Below are positions 26,109 through 36,042 of a stretch of DNA of 64,000 nucleotides, in pieces (the first letter of the stretch is position 1; each line of letters begins with the position of its first letter). Location: the NCBI GenBank assembly GCA_011620265.1, contig WOZM01000031.1:3289-67288 (forward strand), written 5' to 3'. The translations under genes and the position numbers were made by a program. The notes under the pieces were generated by a model. The model was given only the letters and a program-made list of their open reading frames with translations. It was not told the origin of the DNA and ran no database searches. This DNA comes from Paracoccaceae bacterium (GTDB taxonomy: Bacteria; Pseudomonadota; Alphaproteobacteria; Rhodobacterales; Rhodobacteraceae).

Positions 26109-26933
26109 ATGACATTCGGCAAGATCGGAATCCCGGCGATGCTCGCGCTGGCCTTCGCGGCCGGCACCGCCTCGGCCGACGAAAGCTGCGCCGCGGGCAA
26201 GACGCTGAAGGACGGCGTGTTGACCATCGCCACCGGCAATCCGGCCTATTTCCCCTGGGTGATCGACAACGACCCGGCCGCCGGCAAGGGCTTCGAGGCC
26301 GCGGTGGCCTACGAGATCGCCGCGCGGATGGGCTTCGACGCCGAACATGTGGAATGGACCTCGACCACCTTCGACCAGGCGATCCAGCCGGGACCGAAGG
26401 AGTTCGACTTCAACATCCAGCAATACTCGATCACCGCCGAGCGCGACCAGACCATCGACTTCTCCGCGCCCTACTATTCGGCGGCACAGGCCGTCCTCGT
26501 CCGCCAGCCCACGGTCGATGGCGGCGCCACGCCGACCCTCGCCTCGCTGAAAGGCTTGAAATGGGGGCTCGCCGCCGGCACCACCGCGCCGGCGCTGATC
26601 CAGGAACTGGTCGGGCCGGAGAGCGACCCGCTCCTCTACGACGAGACCGCCGACACCGCCGAGGCGCTGAAGGCCGGCCAGATCGACGCGACGATGATGG
26701 ACCTGCCGACCGCGCTTTTCACCGCCGCCGTGCTTCTGGACGATGGCGTCGTGCTCGGCCAGTTCCCGAAAGGGGCCGAGGCTGCCGACTCCTTCGGCCT
26801 CGTCTTCGAGGAGGGCAATCCCTTGCGCGACTGCGCCAACGCGGCGATCGCGGCGATGACCGGGGACGGCAAGCTGGCCGCGATCGAGGCGGAATGGCTG
26901 CAACAGGCGACGGGCGTCCCGGTCATCGAGTGA
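26109..26933 (+). CDS. Polar amino-acid ABC transporter substrate-binding protein (family 3)
   Basis: The ATG at 26109 follows GGGAGA. A signal peptide (MTFGKIGIPAMLALAFAAGTASA) is followed by LTIATGNPAYFPW...FDFNIQQYSITAERDQTIDFSAPYY. Confidence 0.85.
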   Translation: MTFGKIGIPAMLALAFAAGTASADESCAAGKTLKDGVLTIATGNPAYFPWVIDNDPAAGKGFEAAVAYEIAARMGFDAEHVEWTSTTFDQAIQPGPKEFDFNIQQYSITAERDQTIDFSAPYYSAAQAVLVRQPTVDGGATPTLASLKGLKWGLAAGTTAPALIQELVGPESDPLLYDETADTAEALKAGQIDATMMDLPTALFTAAVLLDDGVVLGQFPKGAEAADSFGLVFEEGNPLRDCANAAIAAMTGDGKLAAIEAEWLQQATGVPVIE

Positions 26934-26943
26934 CCGTCCGGCA

Positions 26944-27807
26944 ATGACCCCGGAGAGGACGGAGACGACGGCCACCGGCCGCAGGGCCGCGCGCGGTCCG
27001 ACCCGCCGCGAGGCGCGCGAGGCGCATCTGCGCCGGCGCAGCATGGTCATCGCCGCCCTTAGCACGGCGGCGGTGATCGCACTCATCGTCATCCTCGTGC
27101 CGATGGCGCCGGGATGGGAGAGGGTGCAGAAATCCTTCTTCAACCTCGACGTCTTCACCAGGACCTTTCCGGGCCTCCTGAAAGCCTTCCTCCTCGACGT
27201 GATGATCTTCGCCTGGTGCGCGCCGATGATCGCCATCCTTGGCCTTGTCATCGCCCTTGCCCGCGACGCCCGCTCGCCGGCGCTCTTCCCGCTCCGGCTT
27301 TTCGGCTCGATCTACAACGACGTCTTCCGCGGCGTGCCGGTGATCCTGGTGATCTACCTCGTGGGCTTCGGCATCCCCGGCCTCGGCCTGCCGCGACCCT
27401 GGAACAGCCCCTATATCTGGGGCACTGTCGCCGTGGTCCTGACCTATTCCGCCTATGTGGCCGAGGTCTATCGCACCGGCATCGAATCCATACATGAAAG
27501 CCAGCGCGCGGCGGCGACCTCGCTTGGCCTCTCGCACTGGGACACGATGCGTTACGTGATCCTGCCGCAGGCGATCCGCCGGGTGATCCCGGCCAACATG
27601 AACCTGCTCATCGCGCTTCAGAAGGACGTGGCGCTCCTGTCGTTCATCGGCCCGGTGGAGATCCTGCGCCAGGCCGGCGTCTACAAGTCGGTCCACGCGA
27701 ATTTCACGCCCTATCTCGGCGCGGCGCTGATCTTCCTCGCCGTGACGGTGCCCGCCACCCGCGCGGTCGACCGGATGATCGCCCGGCAGAACCGGGCGCG
27801 CAGTTGA
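26944..27807 (+). CDS. Amino-acid ABC transporter permease (His/Glu/Gln/Arg/opine family)
   Basis: The 287-aa ORF contains the motif [46 protein letters not shown]. The start could instead be the internal ATG at 27043. Confidence 0.85.
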   Translation: MTPERTETTATGRRAARGPTRREAREAHLRRRSMVIAALSTAAVIALIVILVPMAPGWERVQKSFFNLDVFTRTFPGLLKAFLLDVMIFAWCAPMIAILGLVIALARDARSPALFPLRLFGSIYNDVFRGVPVILVIYLVGFGIPGLGLPRPWNSPYIWGTVAVVLTYSAYVAEVYRTGIESIHESQRAAATSLGLSHWDTMRYVILPQAIRRVIPANMNLLIALQKDVALLSFIGPVEILRQAGVYKSVHANFTPYLGAALIFLAVTVPATRAVDRMIARQNRARS

Positions 27808-28538
27808 TGGCGGTGAAGCTGCAGATGATCGACGTCTGGAAGAGCTTCGGCGCGAACGAGGTGCTGCGCGGCATCGACCTTGAGGTGGAGGAGGGGCAGA
27901 TGGTCTGCCTCATCGGCGCGTCCGGCTCCGGCAAGTCGACGCTCCTGCGCTGCATGAACCTGCTGGAGCCCGTCGATGACGGCGTGATCCTTCTCGACGG
28001 CGCCGACATCACCGACCCCGAGCTTGACCCCCAGCCGATCCGCCAGCGCATCGGGCTGGTGTTCCAGAGCTTCAACCTCTTTCCGCACATGACCGCGCTC
28101 GACAATGTCCTGCTCGCCCCGCGCCGCATCCACCGCAAAGCCCGTGCGGCGCTCCTGCCGGGGGTCGAGGCGCTCTTCGACCGCTTCGGCCTCGCCGACC
28201 GGATGTCGCACTACCCCGACCAGCTTTCCGGTGGTCAGCAGCAGCGGGTGGCGATCATCCGGGCGCTCGCCATGAAACCCGAGGTGATGCTCTTCGACGA
28301 GGTGACATCGGCGCTCGACCCCGAACTGGTGGGCGAGGTTCTCGACGTCCTGCGCGCGCTCAAGGCCGAGGGCATGACCATGGTGCTGGCCACGCACGAG
28401 ATGGCCTTCGCCCGCGAGGCCGCCGACAAGGTCTGTTTCCTCGATGCCGGGCGTATCGTCGAGGAAGGTCCGCCCGCCGAGATTTTCAGCGCCCCGCGCG
28501 AGGCGCGCACCCGCGCCTTCCTCGCCCGCGTGCTCTGA
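27804..28538 (+). CDS. Amino-acid ABC transporter ATPase
   Basis: The 244-aa ORF has Walker [10 protein letters not shown], the signature [15 protein letters not shown] and Walker [12 protein letters not shown]. It has a 4-nt overlap with the permease. Confidence 0.9.
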   Translation: MMAVKLQMIDVWKSFGANEVLRGIDLEVEEGQMVCLIGASGSGKSTLLRCMNLLEPVDDGVILLDGADITDPELDPQPIRQRIGLVFQSFNLFPHMTALDNVLLAPRRIHRKARAALLPGVEALFDRFGLADRMSHYPDQLSGGQQQRVAIIRALAMKPEVMLFDEVTSALDPELVGEVLDVLRALKAEGMTMVLATHEMAFAREAADKVCFLDAGRIVEEGPPAEIFSAPREARTRAFLARVL

Positions 28539-28604
28539 CTGCCGCCGGGCTTGCCCCGGCACAACCGGAATGCGAAAACCGGCGGGACCGGAGGCGGAGG
28601 GACC

Positions 28605-29432
28605 ATGTTCAGAACCAGAATGGACACGGCGGCGGCGTTCATCCGTGAACGCACCGACATCCGCCCCGAAATCGCGCTGGTCCTCGGCTCCGGCCTTGGC
28701 CCGCTCGCCGATCAGGTCGAGGGCATCGCGATCCCCTATTCGGAGATCCCGGACTTCCCGGTCTCGACCGCGCCGGGCCACGAGGGGCGGCTGATCCTCG
28801 GCCGGCTTTTCGGACGCGACTGCGTGGTGATGCAGGGGCGGGTGCATCTTTACGAAGGCTATTCGCCGCAGGACGTCGCCTTTCCGGTCGCGGTCATGGC
28901 CGCGCTCGGGGCGAAGACCATCGTCCTGACCAACGCGGCGGGGGGCATGAACCCCGACTACGCCGTCGGCGATCTCGTGGTGATCGAGGATCACCTCTCG
29001 CTCGCCGTGGCCTCGGGGCTCGACCCGCTCCTGGGGCCGAACGACCCCAAGCTCGGGCCGCGCTTCGTCTCGATGAACCGCGCCTACGATCCCGACCTCG
29101 TGGCGCTGGCCGAACGGATCGGCGGGCTGAGGCGCGGCACCTACGCCCATGTGGCCGGCCCGAGTTTCGAACCGCCCGCGCTCATCCGGCTTCTGCGATC
29201 GGCGGGCTGCGACCTCGTCGGCATGTCCACCGTGCCCGAGGTGATCATGGCCCGCCACATGGGCCTTCGCGTCCTCGCGCTCTCGGCCGTGACCAACATC
29301 GCGGTGGCGAGCGTCGCCGACACCCATGTGACGAACGAGGACGAGGTTTGGAAGGCGGCGAAAGCCTTGCAACCGAAGCTCCTCGCCCTGATGCAAGCGC
29401 TGATCCCGGCGCTTCCCGAGGTGACGGAATGA
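28605..29432 (+). CDS. Purine nucleoside phosphorylase (trimeric PunA/PNP-I type)
   Basis: The ATG at 28605 follows GGAGGCGGAGGG. The protein reads IALVLGSGLG...PGHEGRLILG...LTNAAGG...GTYAHVAGPSFEPPALIRLLRSAGCDLVGMSTVPEVIMARHMG. Confidence 0.8.
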   Translation: MFRTRMDTAAAFIRERTDIRPEIALVLGSGLGPLADQVEGIAIPYSEIPDFPVSTAPGHEGRLILGRLFGRDCVVMQGRVHLYEGYSPQDVAFPVAVMAALGAKTIVLTNAAGGMNPDYAVGDLVVIEDHLSLAVASGLDPLLGPNDPKLGPRFVSMNRAYDPDLVALAERIGGLRRGTYAHVAGPSFEPPALIRLLRSAGCDLVGMSTVPEVIMARHMGLRVLALSAVTNIAVASVADTHVTNEDEVWKAAKALQPKLLALMQALIPALPEVTE

Positions 29433-30760
29433 CCGCATTCCCGGCCCGCGCCGACACGCTCATCACCGATGCCCGCATCCTGACGATGGATGACGGCTTC
29501 ACCGAGATCGCCGGAGGCGCGCTGGCGATCGCGGGCGGCAAGATCGCGGCGCTCGGCCCGGCATCGGCTGCCGCCGGAACCGAGGCCGCCGAGGTTGTGG
29601 ACGCGAGGGGCGGGCTCCTCCTCCCCGGCTTCGTCAACACCCATTGCCATGCCGCGATGGTGCTCTTCCGGGGACTGGCCGACGACCGGCCGCTCGACGG
29701 GTTCCTGAAGGCGGTCTGGGCCGCCGAGGCCGCGCATGTCACGCCCGGCACGGTGCGAGCCGGGGCCGTGCTCGGGCTGGCGGAGATGGCGCTTGGCGGC
29801 GTGACGCATGTCGTCGACATGTATTTCCACCCCGACGCGACGATCGCGGCGGCGCGGAAGGTCGGCGTCGGTCTCACCTCCGGCCCAGTCTTCATCGGCT
29901 TCGACGGGATCGACCACCTGCCCTGGCCCGACCGTCTGCGCTTCGCCGAGGAATTCGTCGCCCGCCATCGTGGCACCGACGGGGTCGAACTGATGCTGAT
30001 GCCGCATTCGGCCTACACGCTCGACGAAGCGAAGCTGCGCGAGGTCGCGGCGATGTCCGACCGCCTCGGCCTGCCGGTCCATGTCCACGCGGCGGAGGCG
30101 CCGTCCGAGATGCGGCTGGTGGCGGAGCAGCACGGCACAACGCCGATGCGGATCCTCGACGCCTGCGGCATCCTCAAGCCCGGCGCGCTCCTCGCCCATG
30201 CCGTCCATCTCGACGACGCCGAGATCGCGCTTCTGGCCGAACGCGGCGCCGCCGTGGCGCATTGTCCGCTCTCGAACGCCAAGCTTGCCTCCGGCATGGC
30301 GCGGCTGAAGGCTTTGCGCGCCGCCGGGGTGACGCTGTCGCTCGGCACCGACGGCGCGTCGAGCGGCAATGACCTCGACATGTTCAAGACCATGCGGCAA
30401 GCCGCCTATCTCGCCATCCTCGGCTCCGGCGAGCCCGACGTGCTGCCGGCCCGCGACATCGTCGCGATGGCGACGCGCGGCGGGGCGGCGGCGGCGGGGC
30501 TCGGCGCCCGGAAGGGCGTTCTGGCGCCCGGCAGGGACGCCGACCTGATGCTGATCGACCTTTCGGCCCCGCATCTCATCCCGGCCTACGACCCCTATTC
30601 GACGCTCGTCTACGCCGCCGGGCGCGAGGATGTGCGCGAGGTCTTCGCGCGAGGACGGCGCATCGTCGCCGGCGGGCGGCTGACCGCCGGAATCGGCGAC
30701 GAGATCGCCGAGGTCCGCGCCGTCGCCGCCCGAATCGCGCCCGGTCCGGCGCGAAACTAG
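29429..30760 (+). CDS. Amidohydrolase-superfamily nucleoside/nucleobase deaminase (MTA/SAH deaminase MtaD-like)
   Basis: The ATG at 29429 overlaps the PNP stop (ATGA). It has the metal motif PGFVNTHCHAAM, plus HVHAAE and LGTDGASSGNDLDMF. Confidence 0.75.
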   Translation: MTAFPARADTLITDARILTMDDGFTEIAGGALAIAGGKIAALGPASAAAGTEAAEVVDARGGLLLPGFVNTHCHAAMVLFRGLADDRPLDGFLKAVWAAEAAHVTPGTVRAGAVLGLAEMALGGVTHVVDMYFHPDATIAAARKVGVGLTSGPVFIGFDGIDHLPWPDRLRFAEEFVARHRGTDGVELMLMPHSAYTLDEAKLREVAAMSDRLGLPVHVHAAEAPSEMRLVAEQHGTTPMRILDACGILKPGALLAHAVHLDDAEIALLAERGAAVAHCPLSNAKLASGMARLKALRAAGVTLSLGTDGASSGNDLDMFKTMRQAAYLAILGSGEPDVLPARDIVAMATRGGAAAAGLGARKGVLAPGRDADLMLIDLSAPHLIPAYDPYSTLVYAAGREDVREVFARGRRIVAGGRLTAGIGDEIAEVRAVAARIAPGPARN

Positions 30761-30975
30761 GCGCCGGGGCGGGGGGCGGTCCCGGCCGGCGCCGGCCATT
30801 CCCCGCCAACGGGAACAATTCCCGGCTCCGGCGTTTGAATGTTGCCGGGTTCACGGTTAATATATGAATCTGTGGTGGTCGGACGCGCTTCATCTGCCGA
30901 AGCGGGTCCGTGGGTAATTTTGGGCTGGCCTTGGGTCAAATGACCCTCTTCGCTGCCGTCAAGAGGGTGGGGCTG

Positions 30976-32526
30976 ATGGAACGAACGGCGACGGACGTCG
31001 CTTCGCCGCCCATTTCGGGCGGTGACTTGCCAAGCTTCAACGAGCTTCTGGCGAAAGGGTCGTTCCAGGCCCGGCTGGCGCGGGCGCGGGCGGAGCGCGA
31101 AAAGGCGCTGGCGCGGTCCGGCGACGCGGCAGATGACGAATTCATCCTCAATACCGGCCGCAAGCCGTGGGAGAAGGGGCCGGGTGCGGTGCCGAAGCGC
31201 GACCGCCTGACCGATGCGCTCGGCCATTCCGTCGCGGTCGAGGATCGGGTCGCGCGACCGCTGCGCCCGCCGGTCATGCCGCCGCCGGTCACGCCGAGAC
31301 CTGAGCCGAAACCCGTCCTCGCCCCAACGGCGGTCGCTGCCGAGCTGCCGCCGGCCCGGTTTCAGCCGCTCGCGCCGGCGGAAAGCCTGGTCGTGGTTCC
31401 GGCGAAGCCGACGCGCAAGCGGCTTCAGGTCGCCGCCGGTTTCGGCGCCGGCCTGATCCTCGGTGCCGCTGCCGCCATCGTCGGGCTGGTTTTGCGCGAT
31501 GCCGGCCCGGCCGGCGTCGCCCCCACCCCCGCCCCGGTCGTCTCGGTCCCCGTATCGGTCGCACAGGCGCCCAGCGTCGCGACGGCGGCGACCGACCTTG
31601 CGGCGCTCTCCGCGGCGGTGGAGGCGTTGCCGGCGCTCGGCCCGTCCGCGCCGCGCCCGCTGCCGGTCCTTCTCGCGCGTCCCGCGCCGCCCGAGGCCGC
31701 GGATGCGGCGCCAAGAGGGATCCGCAGCGGCCCGTTCCTTGCCGGCGCCGGGCCCCTCGCCCTCGAGGCCCCGGCAGCGGCGCTCCAGCCGCCGCCGGCG
31801 CGGCCCACCCATCTCGAACTCGTCGTCGGTCGGCGCCCCGCCGTTGCCCCGGCCGCGCCCCCGGCACCGGCCGACGCGCTGCCCTCCGGTACCGCCGCGC
31901 CGCCGCCGCGTCCGCGCGTCGGGGCCGGCACCGAGGGTCTCGCGGCGCTTGCCCCGGTCGATGCCGCGATCACAGCCGCTGCCGCCCTGACCGGCTGGGC
32001 CGCGCCTCTGCCGGGCCGGCTGACCGCACCGCGCATCTTGGCCGGCGACACGCCGCTTGCGGCGCAGCCGCTGCCCACCGCCTATTCCGCGCCAGAGGTG
32101 CCGGTGGAGCGCCCGCCCGCCGTGTCGCTCATCCCCGGCCCCGTCATCCTCCACGCCCCCGCAAGCGTCGCCGACGCCGAACTGGCCGAGGCCGTCTCGC
32201 GCCTCGGCGCGGCAGGCGTGCCCCTTGGTGAGCCGAGCCGGGTGGACTTCACCGTCTCGGAAAGCAACGTGCGCTACTTCCACGCCACCGATGCCGAGGC
32301 CGCCGCAGCGGTTGCCGAAGCGATTGGCGCCCGCCTTCGCGACTTCACCAGCTTCGCACCGGCCCCGCCGGCGGGCACGATCGAGGTCTGGCTCGCCGGG
32401 AAGGGTGCAAGCGGGTCCACGACGGCGCGCACATCGACGCAGCGGACCCGCAATACGCAGGACCCGCGGCTTCTGAACCTGAGAAACCGGATCCTTCAGC
32501 AGCTCCGCAACGGGGACCACCTCTAG
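30976..32526 (+). CDS. Hypothetical Ala/Pro-rich membrane-anchored protein with a LytR_C-like C-terminal domain
   Basis: The ORF is 30910..32526, and the ATG at 30976 has the better RBS (GAGGGTGGGG). It has one TM helix (VAAGFGAGLILGAAAAIVGLVL), a long A/P-rich spacer, and the C-terminus VILHAPASVADAELAEAVSRLGAAGVPLGEPSRVDFTVSESNVRYFHATDAEAAAAVAEAIG. Confidence 0.5.
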   Translation: MERTATDVASPPISGGDLPSFNELLAKGSFQARLARARAEREKALARSGDAADDEFILNTGRKPWEKGPGAVPKRDRLTDALGHSVAVEDRVARPLRPPVMPPPVTPRPEPKPVLAPTAVAAELPPARFQPLAPAESLVVVPAKPTRKRLQVAAGFGAGLILGAAAAIVGLVLRDAGPAGVAPTPAPVVSVPVSVAQAPSVATAATDLAALSAAVEALPALGPSAPRPLPVLLARPAPPEAADAAPRGIRSGPFLAGAGPLALEAPAAALQPPPARPTHLELVVGRRPAVAPAAPPAPADALPSGTAAPPPRPRVGAGTEGLAALAPVDAAITAAAALTGWAAPLPGRLTAPRILAGDTPLAAQPLPTAYSAPEVPVERPPAVSLIPGPVILHAPASVADAELAEAVSRLGAAGVPLGEPSRVDFTVSESNVRYFHATDAEAAAAVAEAIGARLRDFTSFAPAPPAGTIEVWLAGKGASGSTTARTSTQRTRNTQDPRLLNLRNRILQQLRNGDHL

Positions 32527-32574
32527 GACCGTTGGCCGCCACGGCCGGGGTCGAAGCGAAACGATGGGGGCGAC

Positions 32575-32898
32575 ATGCCTGAGCCAAGACTTCTCGCGGT
32601 CATCACCGCGCTTCTGATGATCGCCGGCGTGCCGGCGCGCGCGGATTACGACATCGCGCAGTTGCAGCAGATCGAACAGCTCATCCTGCAAAAGGACTGC
32701 GCCGCCCTCTGGCAGTATCTGACCGCCAACCCGTCGATCATGTCCGGCAGCGACGCGCTCGCGCGCGAGCTTCGGACCTTCGTCGCGGCGACCGAACGCG
32801 GTCAGCTCGACTGCTTCGCCGCGCGGCCTGCGCCGACGGCGGTGGTGCCGCCGACCGCAGTCGTGAGCTTCGCGGCCACCAATTCGGAATTTTACTGA
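32575..32898 (+). CDS. Small secreted hypothetical protein
   Basis: The 107-aa ORF has the signal peptide MPEPRLLAVITALLMIAGVPARA. It has two Cys residues (QKDCAAL, QLDCFAA) and no recognisable family. Confidence 0.5.
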   Translation: MPEPRLLAVITALLMIAGVPARADYDIAQLQQIEQLILQKDCAALWQYLTANPSIMSGSDALARELRTFVAATERGQLDCFAARPAPTAVVPPTAVVSFAATNSEFY

Positions 32899-32926
32899 TC
32901 GTGCCGCCCCGGCCCCGAGAAGAAGG

Positions 32927-33979
32927 ATGACCGTGTCGGGCCGCATTGCCTATGTCCTCGACCCGCGCTTTCCCGGCGGCACGTCCTCGGCCGTGGCCGA
33001 GGAGCTGCGCGCCATAGCCCCGCTCTGCCGGCCCGCCGTCCATGCCGTAAGCTCGCGGATGTTCGCGGGCCGGGATCCCGCACCGCCGCTCGCCGCCGCG
33101 TTCGAGGCGCTGGGGATCGACCCGGTCTGGGACGCCGGGACGATCAGCGCCGACACCGTGATCCTTCACAACCCGTCCTTCCTGAAGTTCCAGCCGGACT
33201 TCGGGGCCCGCATCCTCTGCCGCCACCTGATCGTCGTCACCCACGAGAACTTCCTCCGCCCCGGCGGGCAAGAGGCGTTCGACACCGCCGGCTGCCTCGG
33301 GCAGATCGACCGCGCCACGCTGGCCTTGCGAAAATCGCTGGCCCCGATCTCGGCCCATAACCGGGCGACGGTCGCGGCCTGGGGCGACCGCTTCGGCCTG
33401 CCGCCCGGCTGGGACGTGCTGGCGGAGGACTGGTTCAACATCTGCGATCTGCCGATGACCCCGCCGACGGTGGCCCCGCGCGACCGGCGCGGCCGGCACT
33501 CCCGTCCTGGCTTCGAGAAGTTCCCGCCCCCCGACACCCTCGACCTCTGCTTTCCGCGCCACGCCGAGGCCAATGTCATCCTCGGGGCCGACCTGATGAT
33601 CGCCCAAGGCGCGCCGGCGCACTGGCAGGTCTACCCGTTCCGGGGCCTTGATCTGGCCCGGTATTTCGGAATGATCGACTTCATGGTCTATTTCACCGCG
33701 CCCACCTGGCAGGAAAGCTTCGGCCGCGTGCTCGCCGAGGCCATCGCCGCCGGAAAGGTGGCGATCTCGGACCCGGCGACGGCGGCGGGGTTCGGTGGCG
33801 GCGTCATCGGCGCGCGGCCCGGGGAGGTGGACGGCATCATCCGCGCCTTCGTGGAGGATCCCGCCCGCTACACGGGCCATGTCCGCGCGGCGCAGGCGGC
33901 CCTTGCCGGGTTCTCGGCCGCCGCGTTCCGGGCGCGGTTCACAGGCCTCGTCGGAGCCCGGATCGGAGCTGCGGCATGA
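32927..33979 (+). CDS. GT-B fold glycosyltransferase (GT4-like C-terminal domain)
   Basis: The 350-aa ORF has the C-terminal E-x7-E-type motif QESFGRVLAEAIAAGKVAISDP. The N-terminal half is divergent. Confidence 0.6.
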   Translation: MTVSGRIAYVLDPRFPGGTSSAVAEELRAIAPLCRPAVHAVSSRMFAGRDPAPPLAAAFEALGIDPVWDAGTISADTVILHNPSFLKFQPDFGARILCRHLIVVTHENFLRPGGQEAFDTAGCLGQIDRATLALRKSLAPISAHNRATVAAWGDRFGLPPGWDVLAEDWFNICDLPMTPPTVAPRDRRGRHSRPGFEKFPPPDTLDLCFPRHAEANVILGADLMIAQGAPAHWQVYPFRGLDLARYFGMIDFMVYFTAPTWQESFGRVLAEAIAAGKVAISDPATAAGFGGGVIGARPGEVDGIIRAFVEDPARYTGHVRAAQAALAGFSAAAFRARFTGLVGARIGAAA

Positions 33980-36042
33980 TCCTGATCGAGGCCGGCGAAC
34001 GGACCGACAAGGCCTTCGATGCCAAGCTCCTCGTCGCGACCCAGCTTGCCGCGCGCGGGCACCGCGTCGTGCTCGACGACCGGACCCGCCCCGAGAAGCT
34101 GGAGCGCTACCAGAAATACGAGGCGGCGTCCTTCCTCGCCGATCTCGGCACCGTGACGCTCACCCGCGTGATCCTGATCGGCGCCGAGAGCGTCGGGCAG
34201 GAGACGATGATGGGGCTGCGGGGAATGCGGCTCGGCGCGGAGGTCGCGGTCTCGGTCGTCGGCCGCTTCGCCGACCGGCAATCGGCCATCGCGGCGCGGG
34301 CGAAGGTGGCCTATGCGATCGGGCGCGAGCCCGACCTCGTCGATCTCGCCACGCTGCAGGGGCCGCCGCTCGTCGCCAGCGCCATCTCGCCGCTCGCCGC
34401 CGCGCCGACGCCGGCACCGCCCGACCGGCTGCCGCACCTGTTCGTCGTCCTGCCGCAGGAGGCGCTCGAGGATCCGCAGACCCTGCCGATCCTTTCGGCC
34501 GTGGACAACCTGCCCGACTACCGGCTGAACGTGATCCTGCCCGGCAAGGGCAAGGAACAGGTCAAGGCCTCGCGCCATGCCGGGCTCACGGTCTTCGGCT
34601 ATTCCGAGCTTTCGCCCGCCGCCTTCGCCCGGCTCGCCGACATCGCCGCCTTCTTCGGCGACGGCGTTCCCGGCGAGCGGATGGCGGCCTTCGCGCTCGA
34701 TCTCATGCGGTCGGGGCGGGTGGCCATCGACTGCACCTCCGGCGGCGGCTTCCTGACCGGCGGCGCGCCGGTGCTGCGCGGCCCGGAGGAGATCGCGGCG
34801 CTGGCGAACTACGTCCAGCACACCGTGCTGGTGAACCGGGGCGAGATCGGGCGGCAGGCGCGGAAAAGTCCCTGGCTGACGACCCATGCGGTCGAGGCGC
34901 TCGAAAGCGCGCTCGGCCTCGTTGCGGCGGCCGGGGTCGCGCCCGCGCCCGCCCCCGCGCCGGGACGGGTGGTCTTCGTCCCGACCAACGGCATCGGCCT
35001 TGGCCACGCGCGGCGCTGCACCCTCATTGCCGAGGCGATGGGCGACGGGGCCGATCCCGCCTTCGCCGCCTTCCCGAGTTGCGTGCCGCTCGTCCGCGAC
35101 CGGGGTTTCGACTGCCTGCCCCTGGTGCAGAAAAGCCCCGACCACCCCGAGGACCATGCCAACGACCTCGTGAACTACCTGCGGCTCCGCCGGGTGCTGC
35201 GCGCCGGCGACCGGCTGGTTTTCGACGGCGGCTTCGTCTTCGATTCGATCCACCGAACGATCCTTGAACACGGGCTCGACGCGACCTGGATCCGGCGCGG
35301 GCTCTGGCAGGCCGGGCAGGCGCTCGCGACCGCGCTCGACCGGGAACGCGCCTTCGCCCGGGTGATCGTGCCGGGGGAGGCCTTCGCCGAGCTGAACACC
35401 GACCGGAGCAGCGGCGCGCATGTGCGCAGCGTCGGCCCCATCGTCCAGCGCCTGCGGCAACCGGATGCCGCGTCCCGCGCGGCCCGCCGGGTGGCCCTCG
35501 GCGAGACGCTCGGGCGCGAGGTCGGCGAACTGGTCGTGACCATGCTCGGCGGCGGCGTCGCCGCCGACCGGACGGCGCAGATGCAGGCGCTCGCGGCGAT
35601 GCTCGACGCGCGGCCCGGTTGCCTCCACCTCATCGTCGTCTGGCCCGGCGCGGTGGCCCCGGCGGGCCTCGGCAGTTGGAAGAACACCAGGGTGGTCCAG
35701 ACCCAGAACGCGCTGGCCCTCTGCCAACTCGCCGATCTCGTCATCTCCGCGACCGGCTACAATTCCTTCCACGAGCTTCTCTACCATGCGGTGCCGACGA
35801 TCTTCGTGCCGCAGATGGCGACCTTCATGGACGATCAGGAACGCCGCGCCCGCGCCGCCTCGGACCGGGGTCTGGCCGAGACGGTGCTGGCGCATGAACT
35901 GCTGCTTCTGGAGCGCGAGGTGCGGGCCTTTCTTGACGCGGGCAAGGCCGACCGGCTGCGCTCCGCGCTGGCGGTGGTGGATCTGCCCGCGCCCGGCAAC
36001 GACGACGCGGCCGCCGTCATCCTCGGGAAGGAGCAGCGATGA
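33976..36042 (+). CDS. Large two-module protein with a C-terminal MurG/PseG-like (GT28-type) glycosyltransferase half
   Basis: The 688-aa ORF has an ATGA overlap with the upstream GT. The C-terminal half reads VVFVPTNGIGLGHARRCTLIAEAM ... LVISATGYNSFHELLYHAVPTIFVP. The N-terminal roughly 330 aa look Rossmann-like but are unassigned. Confidence 0.6.
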   Translation: MILIEAGERTDKAFDAKLLVATQLAARGHRVVLDDRTRPEKLERYQKYEAASFLADLGTVTLTRVILIGAESVGQETMMGLRGMRLGAEVAVSVVGRFADRQSAIAARAKVAYAIGREPDLVDLATLQGPPLVASAISPLAAAPTPAPPDRLPHLFVVLPQEALEDPQTLPILSAVDNLPDYRLNVILPGKGKEQVKASRHAGLTVFGYSELSPAAFARLADIAAFFGDGVPGERMAAFALDLMRSGRVAIDCTSGGGFLTGGAPVLRGPEEIAALANYVQHTVLVNRGEIGRQARKSPWLTTHAVEALESALGLVAAAGVAPAPAPAPGRVVFVPTNGIGLGHARRCTLIAEAMGDGADPAFAAFPSCVPLVRDRGFDCLPLVQKSPDHPEDHANDLVNYLRLRRVLRAGDRLVFDGGFVFDSIHRTILEHGLDATWIRRGLWQAGQALATALDRERAFARVIVPGEAFAELNTDRSSGAHVRSVGPIVQRLRQPDAASRAARRVALGETLGREVGELVVTMLGGGVAADRTAQMQALAAMLDARPGCLHLIVVWPGAVAPAGLGSWKNTRVVQTQNALALCQLADLVISATGYNSFHELLYHAVPTIFVPQMATFMDDQERRARAASDRGLAETVLAHELLLLEREVRAFLDAGKADRLRSALAVVDLPAPGNDDAAAVILGKEQR

